Shown: positions 1 through 7,936 of the stretch, piece after piece
Layout of the letters: the number at the start of each line of letters is the position of its first letter
Position numbering within the stretch: the first letter of the stretch is position 1
Origin: a virus
Taxonomy: Duplodnaviria; Heunggongvirae; Uroviricota; Caudoviricetes
DNA: 64,000 nt
Virus record (IMG/VR): IMGVR_UViG_3300050821_009523
Strand: one strand, 5' to 3'
Notes under the pieces: model-generated
Told to the model about the DNA's origin: nothing
Seen by the model: only the letters and a program-made list of their open reading frames with translations
The model's database searches: none
Translations under genes and position numbers: made by a program

Positions 1-121
1 CGGCAGGCTCGCAGTTGTTAGGGCTGTAGCGGTAGCTTGCCTCGGTGCTGCACGCATCGCTGCAATAGCAGATGCGCCGCTGCGCCAGGATGGGCAGCTG
101 GCACCATCGGCAAAGCGTCAT
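1..121 (-). CDS. Partial CDS running off the left edge; Cys-rich N-terminus (MTLCRWCQLPILAQRRICYCSDACSTE...), possible zinc-finger protein
   Basis: Reverse-strand ATG at 119-121 with an open frame to position 1. CxxC/CxC spacing in my own translation. Weak RBS. Not in the ORF track because there is no stop codon. Confidence 0.2.
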   Translation of the reverse strand, partial: MTLCRWCQLPILAQRRICYCSDACSTEASYRYSPNNCEPA

Positions 122-245
122 GCCGAGCGCATCGTAGCCGCAATGGAGATCGCGCGAGGACAGCACGCGCTTGTACCTGCGCGGATCGGCCGCGGGCCAA
201 GGCCAAGGCGCCGGCAGCTGAGCCTGCGGCGTGCGCCACTCGCTC

Positions 246-932
246 CTAACGGCCATCGCGTTGCGGCGGCGCAGCGTCGAATTGCGCAAGTGCGTCTTGG
301 TATTCCTCGCGGCGCGCACATTCAGGATCGGCCGCACGCGCAGCGAGAAAAGCACGCCATTGCGCACGCCAGGGGTCTGTTGGCGATAGCCGGAGCGGGA
401 GGTGCGCGCCACTGACAAGCGCTTCGATACGCGGAGATAGAAAACGCAGGAGCCGCCTTCCGATTGGCGGTACTACTCCATAGCTCGCGTGATCCGCTAG
501 AATCTCGCGCGCGTCAACCGGAAACCTCTCTAGCACCGTGCCATCACGGCCGTATATCTTGACCAACTGCTGCGCTGGCGCCGTTTGCGGCGGGAGCATT
601 GCGAGCCAACGCTCGTGGGCTGCTATTTCTCTTAGCGTGGCTGCCGCGCAGGCGTTGGCGGCGTCGATGAGATCCTGCGCTTGCGTCTTCCCCCCTGTCC
701 ACAACAGCCGCTTGCTGGACACCGCGCCATACTGCTTAACCTTGGCGCGCAGCGCGCGCCCGCACCATTGGCATTGCTCGAAACCAAACTCTGCATGCGC
801 CGCCTCGACGGCCCACCGCGGCTCGTCGATTAGTTGCTGGAAGTCGCAGACGCAGTGTCCGCTGCGCTGTTCGTGCACGGCGTTTAGAGTGCGCTGAAAG
901 GCGCCTGCGGGCGAGTCTTGCAGTGCGATCAC
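246..932 (-). CDS. Hypothetical protein (228 aa)
   Basis: Long ORF co-oriented with neighbours. It shares an approximately 30-aa motif (LERFPVDAREIL...PP.G) with ORF 6607-7059. Confidence 0.45.
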   Translation of the reverse strand: MIALQDSPAGAFQRTLNAVHEQRSGHCVCDFQQLIDEPRWAVEAAHAEFGFEQCQWCGRALRAKVKQYGAVSSKRLLWTGGKTQAQDLIDAANACAAATLREIAAHERWLAMLPPQTAPAQQLVKIYGRDGTVLERFPVDAREILADHASYGVVPPIGRRLLRFLSPRIEALVSGAHLPLRLSPTDPWRAQWRAFLAARAADPECARREEYQDALAQFDAAPPQRDGR

Positions 933-1447
933 GGCTTAAAGTGCGCGCACGTCCAGTGCTCGAAAACGACAGTGCGGTCGTACTCGGACGACGGGCAGCT
1001 GCACGCGCCCCAATCTGCTCCGTGCGCTCCATCTAGGCGTATGTAGTACCGACAGCCACCGCACTGCAAGGTGTAGTCAGGGTGCTCGCCGTGGCGCGGC
1101 TTGCAGTTGACTAGGTTGCCGAATGTCTCCGGCCACGCAGGATCAGAATCGCTTGGTGGCACGTTGTCAGGCAGCCTTTCGCGGAGCTTTGCGATCCACC
1201 GCGCATGAACATCGTCAACAATGGCAACCGGGCCAAAAGGGAATGCGTGCTGCGCCAACGCCCACGCTAGGCGTATGCCGCCGCGCGGTATTGCTTGTAC
1301 CGCAGAGAACATTATGCCGCTATCGGCTACGATCTGCGCAAGTGCCGCGATGTCACTGTCCGAAAGCCAATCGCAATCGATTTTCCACCTGAGCGGCCTG
1401 CGCGAGGCGGACAGAAAATCGCCGTATTGGAATATATCGCCGCTCAT
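929..1447 (-). CDS. Hypothetical protein with C-terminal Cys/His-rich putative zinc-binding region
   Basis: 172-aa ORF. Its start overlaps the stop of the upstream gene by 4 nt (ATGA). C-terminal CxxC...CxC...C pattern. Confidence 0.45.
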   Translation of the reverse strand: MSGDIFQYGDFLSASRRPLRWKIDCDWLSDSDIAALAQIVADSGIMFSAVQAIPRGGIRLAWALAQHAFPFGPVAIVDDVHARWIAKLRERLPDNVPPSDSDPAWPETFGNLVNCKPRHGEHPDYTLQCGGCRYYIRLDGAHGADWGACSCPSSEYDRTVVFEHWTCAHFKP

Positions 1448-2001
1448 CGCTTGCTCTTTTCATACTTTGCGATGATCTCGTGCGCGGCAGCAAGCTCTGC
1501 TGCCGAAAGCGGGCGCTGCGGTGGCATTGGCGGCAGATCTGGTGCCTCAGGTTTGCCAGCCGCGATCCAGCCCTGCATAAAGGCGCCGAGATCTCCTGCC
1601 AGCACGCCATGCACGTCCTCTGTTTCTATGCCGGTGCGATGGTCCTTGGCGCGCTTGTACGGATCAAGCGTGTAGGTGCGGATGCCAGCCCTGTCGAGGG
1701 CCGCACGAATGTGCTGCGGCACAACGATCTCCACTTCCACAAACGACGTGTGCCGGCGCCGCTGCGGATCGTATGGGCTGATACGGCAGAGACTGTGGAC
1801 GCCCACCTCGCCTGTCAGCAGCTCGTGTGCTGTCTCGTCGCAGATCATCACAAACCAGGAGCCGTCTTCCTTAAAAATGCCCACCGGGCGCCCCCGTTTG
1901 GCGCCCCATCGTTCGTAGGCGGACGCCAGCATATATGCAAAGTCCTCCGTCTCTTTGCCGCCTGCTCCGGGTGTTACGGAAATGGTGATCTCTTCTTGCA
2001 T
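1444..2001 (-). CDS. Truncated class-I peptide chain release factor 2 (RF2/PrfB)-like protein: codon-recognition superdomain only, no GGQ domain
   Basis: Block-wise similarity to RF2 recalled from memory. [27 protein letters not shown] matches RF2 [51 protein letters not shown] matches [24 protein letters not shown], with the SPF tripeptide as SPY. [38 protein letters not shown] matches RF2 C-terminal [37 protein letters not shown]. The roughly 100-aa GGQ domain is replaced by about 8 residues, and N-terminal domain 1 is absent. Confidence 0.7.
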   Translation of the reverse strand: [185 protein letters not shown]

Positions 2002-2069
2002 GTTTCAATCCTCAGCAAGCATTTAACTTACGGCCAGCGGTTGACAAAGGGTTATTGGCATGCATTCGA

Positions 2070-3263
2070 TCACTGGTCTCCCGCCGGCCGCAGTTTTCTC
2101 CATTCTTGCCAGAGGTGCTTGAGCAGCATTTTCTCGGCATACCGTTTCGCGCGGTTGTGGCAGTGGCCTTGCGAACGGTAGGCGCTTTCCTTGCCCTTGG
2201 GGATCTCTAGCGCTGGCGCCACGATTAGCCCAGCGGCTTCCGCTTGCTGTACCCCGTACGCCTTGCGCGCAAGGTAGATCTCGCGGTATGGCCCCTGCGC
2301 CTTGATCATCGCGTCGCCGATTACCCACAGCACCGAGCGGCGGCGTGGCACGTAGCCTGTCGCTACGCCAGCGACGAGCCGTTGCCGGCCGCCGCCGATG
2401 GGATCAAGGCCAACGCCCATGCGGGTCCAGAGCTTTGCCGGATTGGCGTAGCGGTTTAGATCGCCGGCCTCCGCAATGATTTGCCCGAGGCCGAGTGCGC
2501 CGAAGCCCTTTATGTCACGCGCCCACGCGGCCCAGATTGGCAACTGCTCGGCTAACTTGCGCAGTTCCTTTTCTGGTGCCAGCCGCTCCTGTGCCAGCAT
2601 GTCGCGGGCGCGCAACAGTGGGGATAGGTGCCGGAGCGCAAGTTGTGCCTCGGCGATAGTCAACTCGCGCGTGTCGTTCACGATTGCGTTGTAAAGCTCG
2701 TTGGCGCGTGCCTTGTTTGTCTTTTTCGGATCGCCCACGAATGCGCGGCAGATCGCATGCACTTGCAGCGTCAGTTTGTTCGCCGCCTTAATGAAATCGT
2801 CACGGCGCCTGTGCGCCTCGATGATCTGTCCGATCAGGAGGGAAATTGCGGAGGGCGGATCGGCACACGCGGCCTGGGCACCAGCGGGCAATTGGCCTTT
2901 CCGCCCTCCGCGTACGGCTTGCTCGCTCGGCATGTCTGATATGGGTGCCAAAGGTGCCTTGGCCTTGCGAGGTGGGTTAGGGGCCGCGCTCGGCATGCCC
3001 TTAGTGGGCGCCATATCTAAGTTGGCCTTGCGTGGCTTGGAAACTCGCGGGTGCGGGGCGTTGGCATTCATTGCCCGGATATCATGAGCTTGCTGGCCTC
3101 CGCCCTGCGCCCGCGTTATTTTAGGTGCCGCGCCGGTTGACATGGCACCAATGGCTGTCAATTGAGGTATGGTCTTTCGGCGCGGCGAAGCATTAGGCGA
3201 CGCGGTTGGCAAGTGCGCGTCGGTTGCCGTGCGTTCCGTGGCCTCCCGCGCCGCCCTATTCAT
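2070..3263 (-). pseudogene. IS110-family transposase-like ORF with only the C-terminal Transposase_20-like region and a low-complexity Pro/Ala/Lys-rich N-terminus (fragment or co-opted domain)
   Basis: KGFGALGLGQIIAEAGDLNRYANPAKLWTRMGVGLDPIGGG resembles the IS110 C-terminal motif (GIGPITAA..AEIGD..RF.SAKQLAAYAGL.P). No DEDD N-terminal domain (no IGIDV.K-type start). The first ~150 aa is compositionally non-protein-like. Confidence 0.45.
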
Positions 3264-3828
3264 TTTTCACATCCTTGTTCATGCGCTCGATCTCGCGCTC
3301 CGGCAGCACCTCGCGGATCGTCTTCTTGTCCTCGCGGTCAACGTGCTTACGTAGGCGCTTGAGAAAGCGGGCCTCGCGCATGTTGCCGGCGGCCAACGCC
3401 TCGCGCGCCTCGATGGCTCTGGTGAGATCGCTATAGCGTGCTTCGCCGAGCTTTACGCCGCCGCCTAGCGTAAAATCGTTGTACCAGGAAAAGGCAGCCA
3501 CCGCACGGACGCGCTCTGTTGACTCGCGAGTGTAAGAACCGTTGCCGCTTTCTGTGCGTGCTTGTGTCCTCGTCTTATGGTTGGTGGTGTAGGCGCAGTT
3601 GGCGATGTAACCGCGCACCACCTCGCTCAAAAACTCTTCGCCTACCTGCCGCCACACATCGGGATCGCTAAGGCGATCGTATAGGTACTGCGCCGCCACC
3701 GTCCACCGCTCCTGCGGTGCGGCGCTGTCGGCCGCCTTGTTGGCCTCTTCGGTAAGCGATGCGAGCGTTAGCGGCTTGCGGCGCCTACGGCCCGGTGCAA
3801 CTGTAGGTGTTGTCGCGGTCTGTAGCAT
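3256..3828 (-). CDS. Hypothetical protein (start refined to the internal Met with a GGGAGG RBS)
   Basis: cat at 3826-3828 is preceded on the coding strand by agagacGGGAGGctttg. Protein-like composition. Lys/Glu-rich C-terminus. Confidence 0.45.
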   Translation of the reverse strand: MLQTATTPTVAPGRRRRKPLTLASLTEEANKAADSAAPQERWTVAAQYLYDRLSDPDVWRQVGEEFLSEVVRGYIANCAYTTNHKTRTQARTESGNGSYTRESTERVRAVAAFSWYNDFTLGGGVKLGEARYSDLTRAIEAREALAAGNMREARFLKRLRKHVDREDKKTIREVLPEREIERMNKDVKNE

Positions 3829-3851
3829 CAAAGCCTCCCGTCTCTGATGGA

Positions 3852-4091
3852 TTAGGCCATGCCTGTTGCTTCGAGTATCTGTGCCCACGGTATCTTGAGC
3901 GCCGCCGCCACCGGCCGCAAGACTGTGGCCTTTGGCGTTGTGGTGCAGGCCACCTCAATCCACCGCACCGCTTCCTCTGAGATCGTCTCGTCTGATAGTT
4001 GGCTCGCTGCGTCGGCCAGCCCTGCTCGCGTCAGTTTCGCCTCTAAGCGTTTCTCGCGGATCAGCCGGTGCAGTTTGTCCAAGGCTGTCAT
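3852..4091 (-). CDS. XRE/Cro-CI-type helix-turn-helix transcriptional regulator (79 aa)
   Basis: HTH-like LTRAGLADAASQLSDETISE. RBS GGGAGGG upstream. Sits at the boundary with the divergent + strand structural operon. Confidence 0.55.
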   Translation of the reverse strand: MTALDKLHRLIREKRLEAKLTRAGLADAASQLSDETISEEAVRWIEVACTTTPKATVLRPVAAALKIPWAQILEATGMA

Positions 4092-4303
4092 CCCTCCCTA
4101 TCTGCCGCAAGAGTGTAGCACAGCGGCGCTGCTACTTGCCGCGCCAAAATGACACCCCCAACATATAGGGCAATACCACTATGCCAACCCCTACGGCCGG
4201 AAGCCCGTAGGCCGCTGGCACCCCACCCCGGCGAGCAGCCTGGATAGGCCAGCACCGATGACGCCGCAGGCGGAAGCCTAAAGCGCTGAAAGGACACAAG
4301 ATA
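4092..4303. promoter_or_regulatory. Divergent intergenic regulatory region between the XRE regulator (-) and the head module (+), containing two short hairpins
   Basis: 212 bp noncoding. Inverted repeats gtagca-N9-tgctac and cctacgg-ccggaagc-ccgtagg. Reduced GC. Confidence 0.4.
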
Positions 4304-5077
4304 ATGCCTTGGAAAGTGGACGCAGAGGGAAAAGTAGCATCAGCCGACGGCAAGCCGGTCTTCGTGCACGCGGACGGCAAAGAGACGGGCTTTGACGGCG
4401 ATCAGGCGCTGGCCAAGATCAGCTCCCTGCAAGCCGAAAGCAAGATACACCGCGAGGCGAAGGAGGCTGCCGAGCTGGCGCTGGCACCCTACAAAGCGAT
4501 CGGCGATCCAGCCGAGGTGACGAGCCTTGTCGAGAAGGCCAAGAAGGTTGAGGCCAAGAAGCTGATCGACGCGGGCGATGTGGACAAGTACAACGCCGAG
4601 CGCGACAGGGGCTGGCAAGAGAAGGTGGACGCCGAGACGAAGCGCGCTACGGCGCTTGAGACGGCCCTGTTCGAGGAGAAGGTCGGCGCCAAGTTCGGCA
4701 CCAGCAAGTTTGTAAAAGACAAGCTCATCGTTGCGCCCCTCTCGGCGCGCCAGTTGTTTGGCAGCAACTTCAAGCTCGAAAACGGCGAGGCAATCGGTTA
4801 CCTCAACGGCACGAAGATCACCAGCAGAGAAAAGTTCGGCGAGCCGGCAGGCTTTGACGAGGCACTCGAAATCATCGTCCAGGCGCACCCCGAAAAGGAC
4901 AATCTGATGCGCAGCGCGGCCGGCAACGGCAGCGGCGCGCCGCCTTCGCCGCCGCCAGACCGCACAGCCACCAAGCAGCCAGACATGAGCAAGTTCAAGC
5001 CCGAGGAGCGTCTCACGGCGTTCTTCGCCGACAAGATGAAAGACCAACTGCCGCCGCCTGGACCAGGGGCGCGATAG
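4304..5077 (+). CDS. Putative head scaffolding protein (257 aa, Lys/Glu/Ala-rich, coiled-coil-like)
   Basis: Immediately upstream of the capsid-like gene. Highly charged helical composition. RBS aagga upstream of ATG 4304. Confidence 0.5.
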   Translation: MPWKVDAEGKVASADGKPVFVHADGKETGFDGDQALAKISSLQAESKIHREAKEAAELALAPYKAIGDPAEVTSLVEKAKKVEAKKLIDAGDVDKYNAERDRGWQEKVDAETKRATALETALFEEKVGAKFGTSKFVKDKLIVAPLSARQLFGSNFKLENGEAIGYLNGTKITSREKFGEPAGFDEALEIIVQAHPEKDNLMRSAAGNGSGAPPSPPPDRTATKQPDMSKFKPEERLTAFFADKMKDQLPPPGPGAR

Positions 5078-5125
5078 TCAACAGGCCGGCAGCAATCACG
5101 CTCTCCGGCGCGGAGGAAAATGTAA

Positions 5126-6055
5126 ATGGCTCTGACACTCATCGAGGCGTCCAAGCTGAATAGCGGCGACGTGCTCAAGAGCACTGTCATCGAGGCATTC
5201 GCACGGGAGAGCGACATCCTCAAGGTGCTGCCCTTTGAAGACATCCAGGGCGGCGGCGTTACGTACAACCGGGAGAGCACGCTGCCAGGCATTGCGTTCC
5301 GCGGCGTCAACGAGTCTTTTACGCCCAGCACCGGCGTCGTGAACCCCCTGACAGACGCACTGTCAATCATCGGCGGCGAAGTGGACGTGGACCGCTTCAT
5401 CATCAGGACGCGCGGCGTGGCGGTGCGCGCCAACCACGTCATGATGAAGGTGAAGGCGCTAGCCGCGCAGTTCACCACCAGCTTCATCAAAGGTGACAGC
5501 ACCGTCGATCAGCGGCAGTTCGACGGGTTGCAGGTGCGGTTGACCGGCAACCAGCTGATCAGCGCGGGCAGCGCGGCTGGTGGCGCTGCGCTTTCGCTCT
5601 CGGCCGTTGACCAAGCGATCGACCAGTGCTACAGCCCGACGCACATCATCCTGTCCAAGGCGCTGCGGCGCCGCTTCCAGCAGGCTGCACGCAACGTGAA
5701 CGTTGGCGGTTATATCACGTGGGAGCCGGACGAGTTTGGTCAGAAGGTGATCAACTACCAGGGGCTGCCGCTGCTCGTGGCGTACAGCGACAACGGGGGC
5801 GACGAGGTGCTGCCTTTCACCGAGGCGGCTGCCTCTGGTGCGGCAACCGCAACCTCTCTCTACGTTGTCAGCCTCGGCCCCGAGCGCCTCACTGGCATCC
5901 AGAACGGCACCATCGACGTGCGTGACCTCGGCGAGTTGCAGGCGAATGCCGTCACGTTCCGTACGCGCGTGGAATGGTACACCGGCGTTGCGTTCTACCA
6001 CCCGCGCGCCGCGGTGCGCGTCAACCAGATCGGCAACCTGGCCCTCGTGGCCTAA
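5126..6055 (+). CDS. Putative major capsid protein (309 aa)
   Basis: Position after the scaffold gene. Size and composition typical of HK97-fold capsid proteins. Strong RBS GGAGGaaaatgtaaATG. The assignment is positional and compositional; not verified by search. Confidence 0.55.
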   Translation: MALTLIEASKLNSGDVLKSTVIEAFARESDILKVLPFEDIQGGGVTYNRESTLPGIAFRGVNESFTPSTGVVNPLTDALSIIGGEVDVDRFIIRTRGVAVRANHVMMKVKALAAQFTTSFIKGDSTVDQRQFDGLQVRLTGNQLISAGSAAGGAALSLSAVDQAIDQCYSPTHIILSKALRRRFQQAARNVNVGGYITWEPDEFGQKVINYQGLPLLVAYSDNGGDEVLPFTEAAASGAATATSLYVVSLGPERLTGIQNGTIDVRDLGELQANAVTFRTRVEWYTGVAFYHPRAAVRVNQIGNLALVA

Positions 6056-6078
6056 ACAGGAGGCAACAGAAAAGGGCT

Positions 6079-6564
6079 ATGAGCCGGAACCGCACCTTTA
6101 CCTACGACTCTGGGCTGCTGCTCAGCGATGGCCTGACGGCACAGACGGCGAGCGGTAACGCGCTGGTCGGCGGCGCATCGCAGATCCTCAACCTTGGCGG
6201 CGGCCCGCCCAGCACCCTCGGCGGCCCGACCGAATACGGCATGTTCGAGGCGTATCTCGTCGTGGACATCACGGCGATCGAGATCAACACCTTGTCGCTC
6301 TACAAGCTCGGCTGGCAGTTGTCCGACAGCTCGACATTCGCCAGCGGCGTGGTGGAGAAGGCTACCTTCCTCGTCGGCAATACCACCGCACTGGACGCAG
6401 GCGCCAGCACCGGCGTGGGGCGCTATGTCTTCATGGTGGACAACAGCTATCCCGAGGGCACGCTTTACCAGTATGCCCGCATCTACCTGACGGCGAGCGG
6501 CACCATCACGACCGGCATCGCGTACCGTGCCTTCCTGGCACCGCTGATGGGTGCTGGCGGGTAA
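6079..6564 (+). CDS. Hypothetical head-associated protein (161 aa), possible decoration or minor capsid protein
   Basis: ATG at 6079 with AGGAGG at 6057-6062, 24 nt after the capsid stop. Gly/Thr/Ser-rich beta-like composition. Confidence 0.45.
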   Translation: MSRNRTFTYDSGLLLSDGLTAQTASGNALVGGASQILNLGGGPPSTLGGPTEYGMFEAYLVVDITAIEINTLSLYKLGWQLSDSSTFASGVVEKATFLVGNTTALDAGASTGVGRYVFMVDNSYPEGTLYQYARIYLTASGTITTGIAYRAFLAPLMGAGG

Positions 6565-6606
6565 ACCGCAGCAGGCCGAAACCAAAACGGGGGGAGGGGG
6601 TAACGC

Positions 6607-7059
6607 ATGCTGCCTAAGGTTACGCTGTATCACAAGGAAACCGGCGAGGCGATCGAGCGCTTTGGTGTGGATGCGCGCGAGATCCTGTCGTCCGGAGAGT
6701 GGGGGTTTGAGCCGCCGCCTGGCGTGGTGCCCGCGGCGGCCGCCGTGCAGCCTGTAAGCAGCGCTGGCGACGAGCCTGTCAAGTCACCGCTGCGCCTGAT
6801 GCCGGGGCTAACTGCTGCCGGCGAAAAGTTCCTCCACGGCTACGGCGTCGAGACGTTGGAAGAACTTGCCCAAACGCCGTTGCACAAGCTCCAAGTCCTC
6901 CCCGAGTGGAGAGCGCTGGAAATCGAGGACCAGGAGCCGATCGAGGAATACCTGCAAAACGCTGCCAGCAAGGCCGACACCAAGGCGGCCGTTGCGACCA
7001 GCAGCCGGCGCGGCGGCAAGGCAACGCCTGCGCCCGCTGCGCAGCAGCCGGCGGGTTAA
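6607..7059 (+). CDS. Hypothetical protein. The N-terminal motif is shared with ORF 246-932. Central segment is helix-hairpin-helix-like (LHGYGVETLEELAQTP)
   Basis: RBS GGGGGGAGGGGG upstream. IERFGVDAREIL...PPPGVV vs LERFPVDAREIL...PPIG. Confidence 0.45.
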   Translation: MLPKVTLYHKETGEAIERFGVDAREILSSGEWGFEPPPGVVPAAAAVQPVSSAGDEPVKSPLRLMPGLTAAGEKFLHGYGVETLEELAQTPLHKLQVLPEWRALEIEDQEPIEEYLQNAASKADTKAAVATSSRRGGKATPAPAAQQPAG

Positions 7060-7062
7060 CGC

Positions 7063-7581
7063 GTGGCGTTGACCCTAGAGGATGGGACCGGAATAGCGAA
7101 TGCCGACAGCTACGTCGCAAGCGCAACCATCGACACGTATGCAGCAGGCAGCCCCATCGGGCAGTGGTGGCTGGCGCTCGCCACGCAACTGCTCAAGGAC
7201 GACTGCGCACGCCAGGCGGCGCGCTACCTCGACAGCGTGTATGCCTCGCCCAACCGCCTCACGGGGCGCCGCCAATACCCCACGCAGGGGCTCGCGTGGC
7301 CACGCGCTTACTGTTTCGACCGTGACTCCGTACCGGTCAACCAAAACTACATCCCGCCGCCATGGGTCACGGCGCAGATCGAATTGGCTCTCCGCGCTGC
7401 GCAGTATGGCAGCACCCTCACGCCCGACCTCACGCGCATCGGCGGTTTCGCGCGGCGAGAGCAGGTTGGTTCCGTCTCGATCGAATTCATGCCGGGTGCG
7501 CCCGCGCAGCGCCAGTACCCATATGTCGAGCAAGTGCTGGCGCCGATCCTCCAGCCGGCAAGCGTACTGATGAGGGGATAA
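7063..7581 (+). CDS. Hypothetical protein; candidate head-tail connector or head completion protein
   Basis: GTG start directly after the upstream stop. Position between head and tail genes. Confidence 0.35.
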   Translation: MALTLEDGTGIANADSYVASATIDTYAAGSPIGQWWLALATQLLKDDCARQAARYLDSVYASPNRLTGRRQYPTQGLAWPRAYCFDRDSVPVNQNYIPPPWVTAQIELALRAAQYGSTLTPDLTRIGGFARREQVGSVSIEFMPGAPAQRQYPYVEQVLAPILQPASVLMRG

Positions 7582-7586
7582 CGGAC

Positions 7587-7922
7587 ATGGCTGCCGTGAC
7601 ACCAGTTGTAGGGCCGCAGGTGTTGCAGGCCGCTGCGGTGGCGAATGGCAACGGCACGCAGTTGGATTGCGGCGGCTTGTCCAATATCGGCGTCCAAGTT
7701 ACGGGGATCACAACCGCAACGGTGAACTTCGAGGCCACAATCGACGGCAGCACTTGGTACCCGGTAAGCGCCCTTGCGCATGCCAGCGCCACACAAGTCA
7801 CCAGCACGGCAGCAGACGGCCTTTTCCGTGCCGACGTCCGCGGCTTTCTGTCGTTTCGCGCACGGATCAGCGGTTGGTCCGTTGGCGCCATCACGGTCAC
7901 GGCAGTAGGGGTCTACGAGTAG
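7587..7922 (+). CDS. Hypothetical small structural protein (111 aa)
   Basis: ATG 7587 with a GAGGGG RBS. Beta-rich composition. Located in the structural module. Confidence 0.4.
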   Translation: MAAVTPVVGPQVLQAAAVANGNGTQLDCGGLSNIGVQVTGITTATVNFEATIDGSTWYPVSALAHASATQVTSTAADGLFRADVRGFLSFRARISGWSVGAITVTAVGVYE

Positions 7923-7936
7923 GGCGCGGCGCCGCT

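Noticed and set aside
929-1447. Possible phosphoribosyltransferase (PRTase) fold in ORF 929-1447, based on an ...IPRGGIRLAWALA... and ...AIVDDV... resemblance
   Set aside because: The two motif-like stretches are only about 25 aa apart. A real PRTase needs an intervening hood/loop and a longer PRPP loop (VDDxxTTGxT). The resemblance is too thin to call.
4340-5502. Long minus-strand ORFs (235 and 234 aa) antisense to the scaffold and capsid genes
   Set aside because: Low-complexity Leu/Arg/Ser-rich translations that fully overlap well-supported co-oriented structural genes. Spurious high-GC ORFs.
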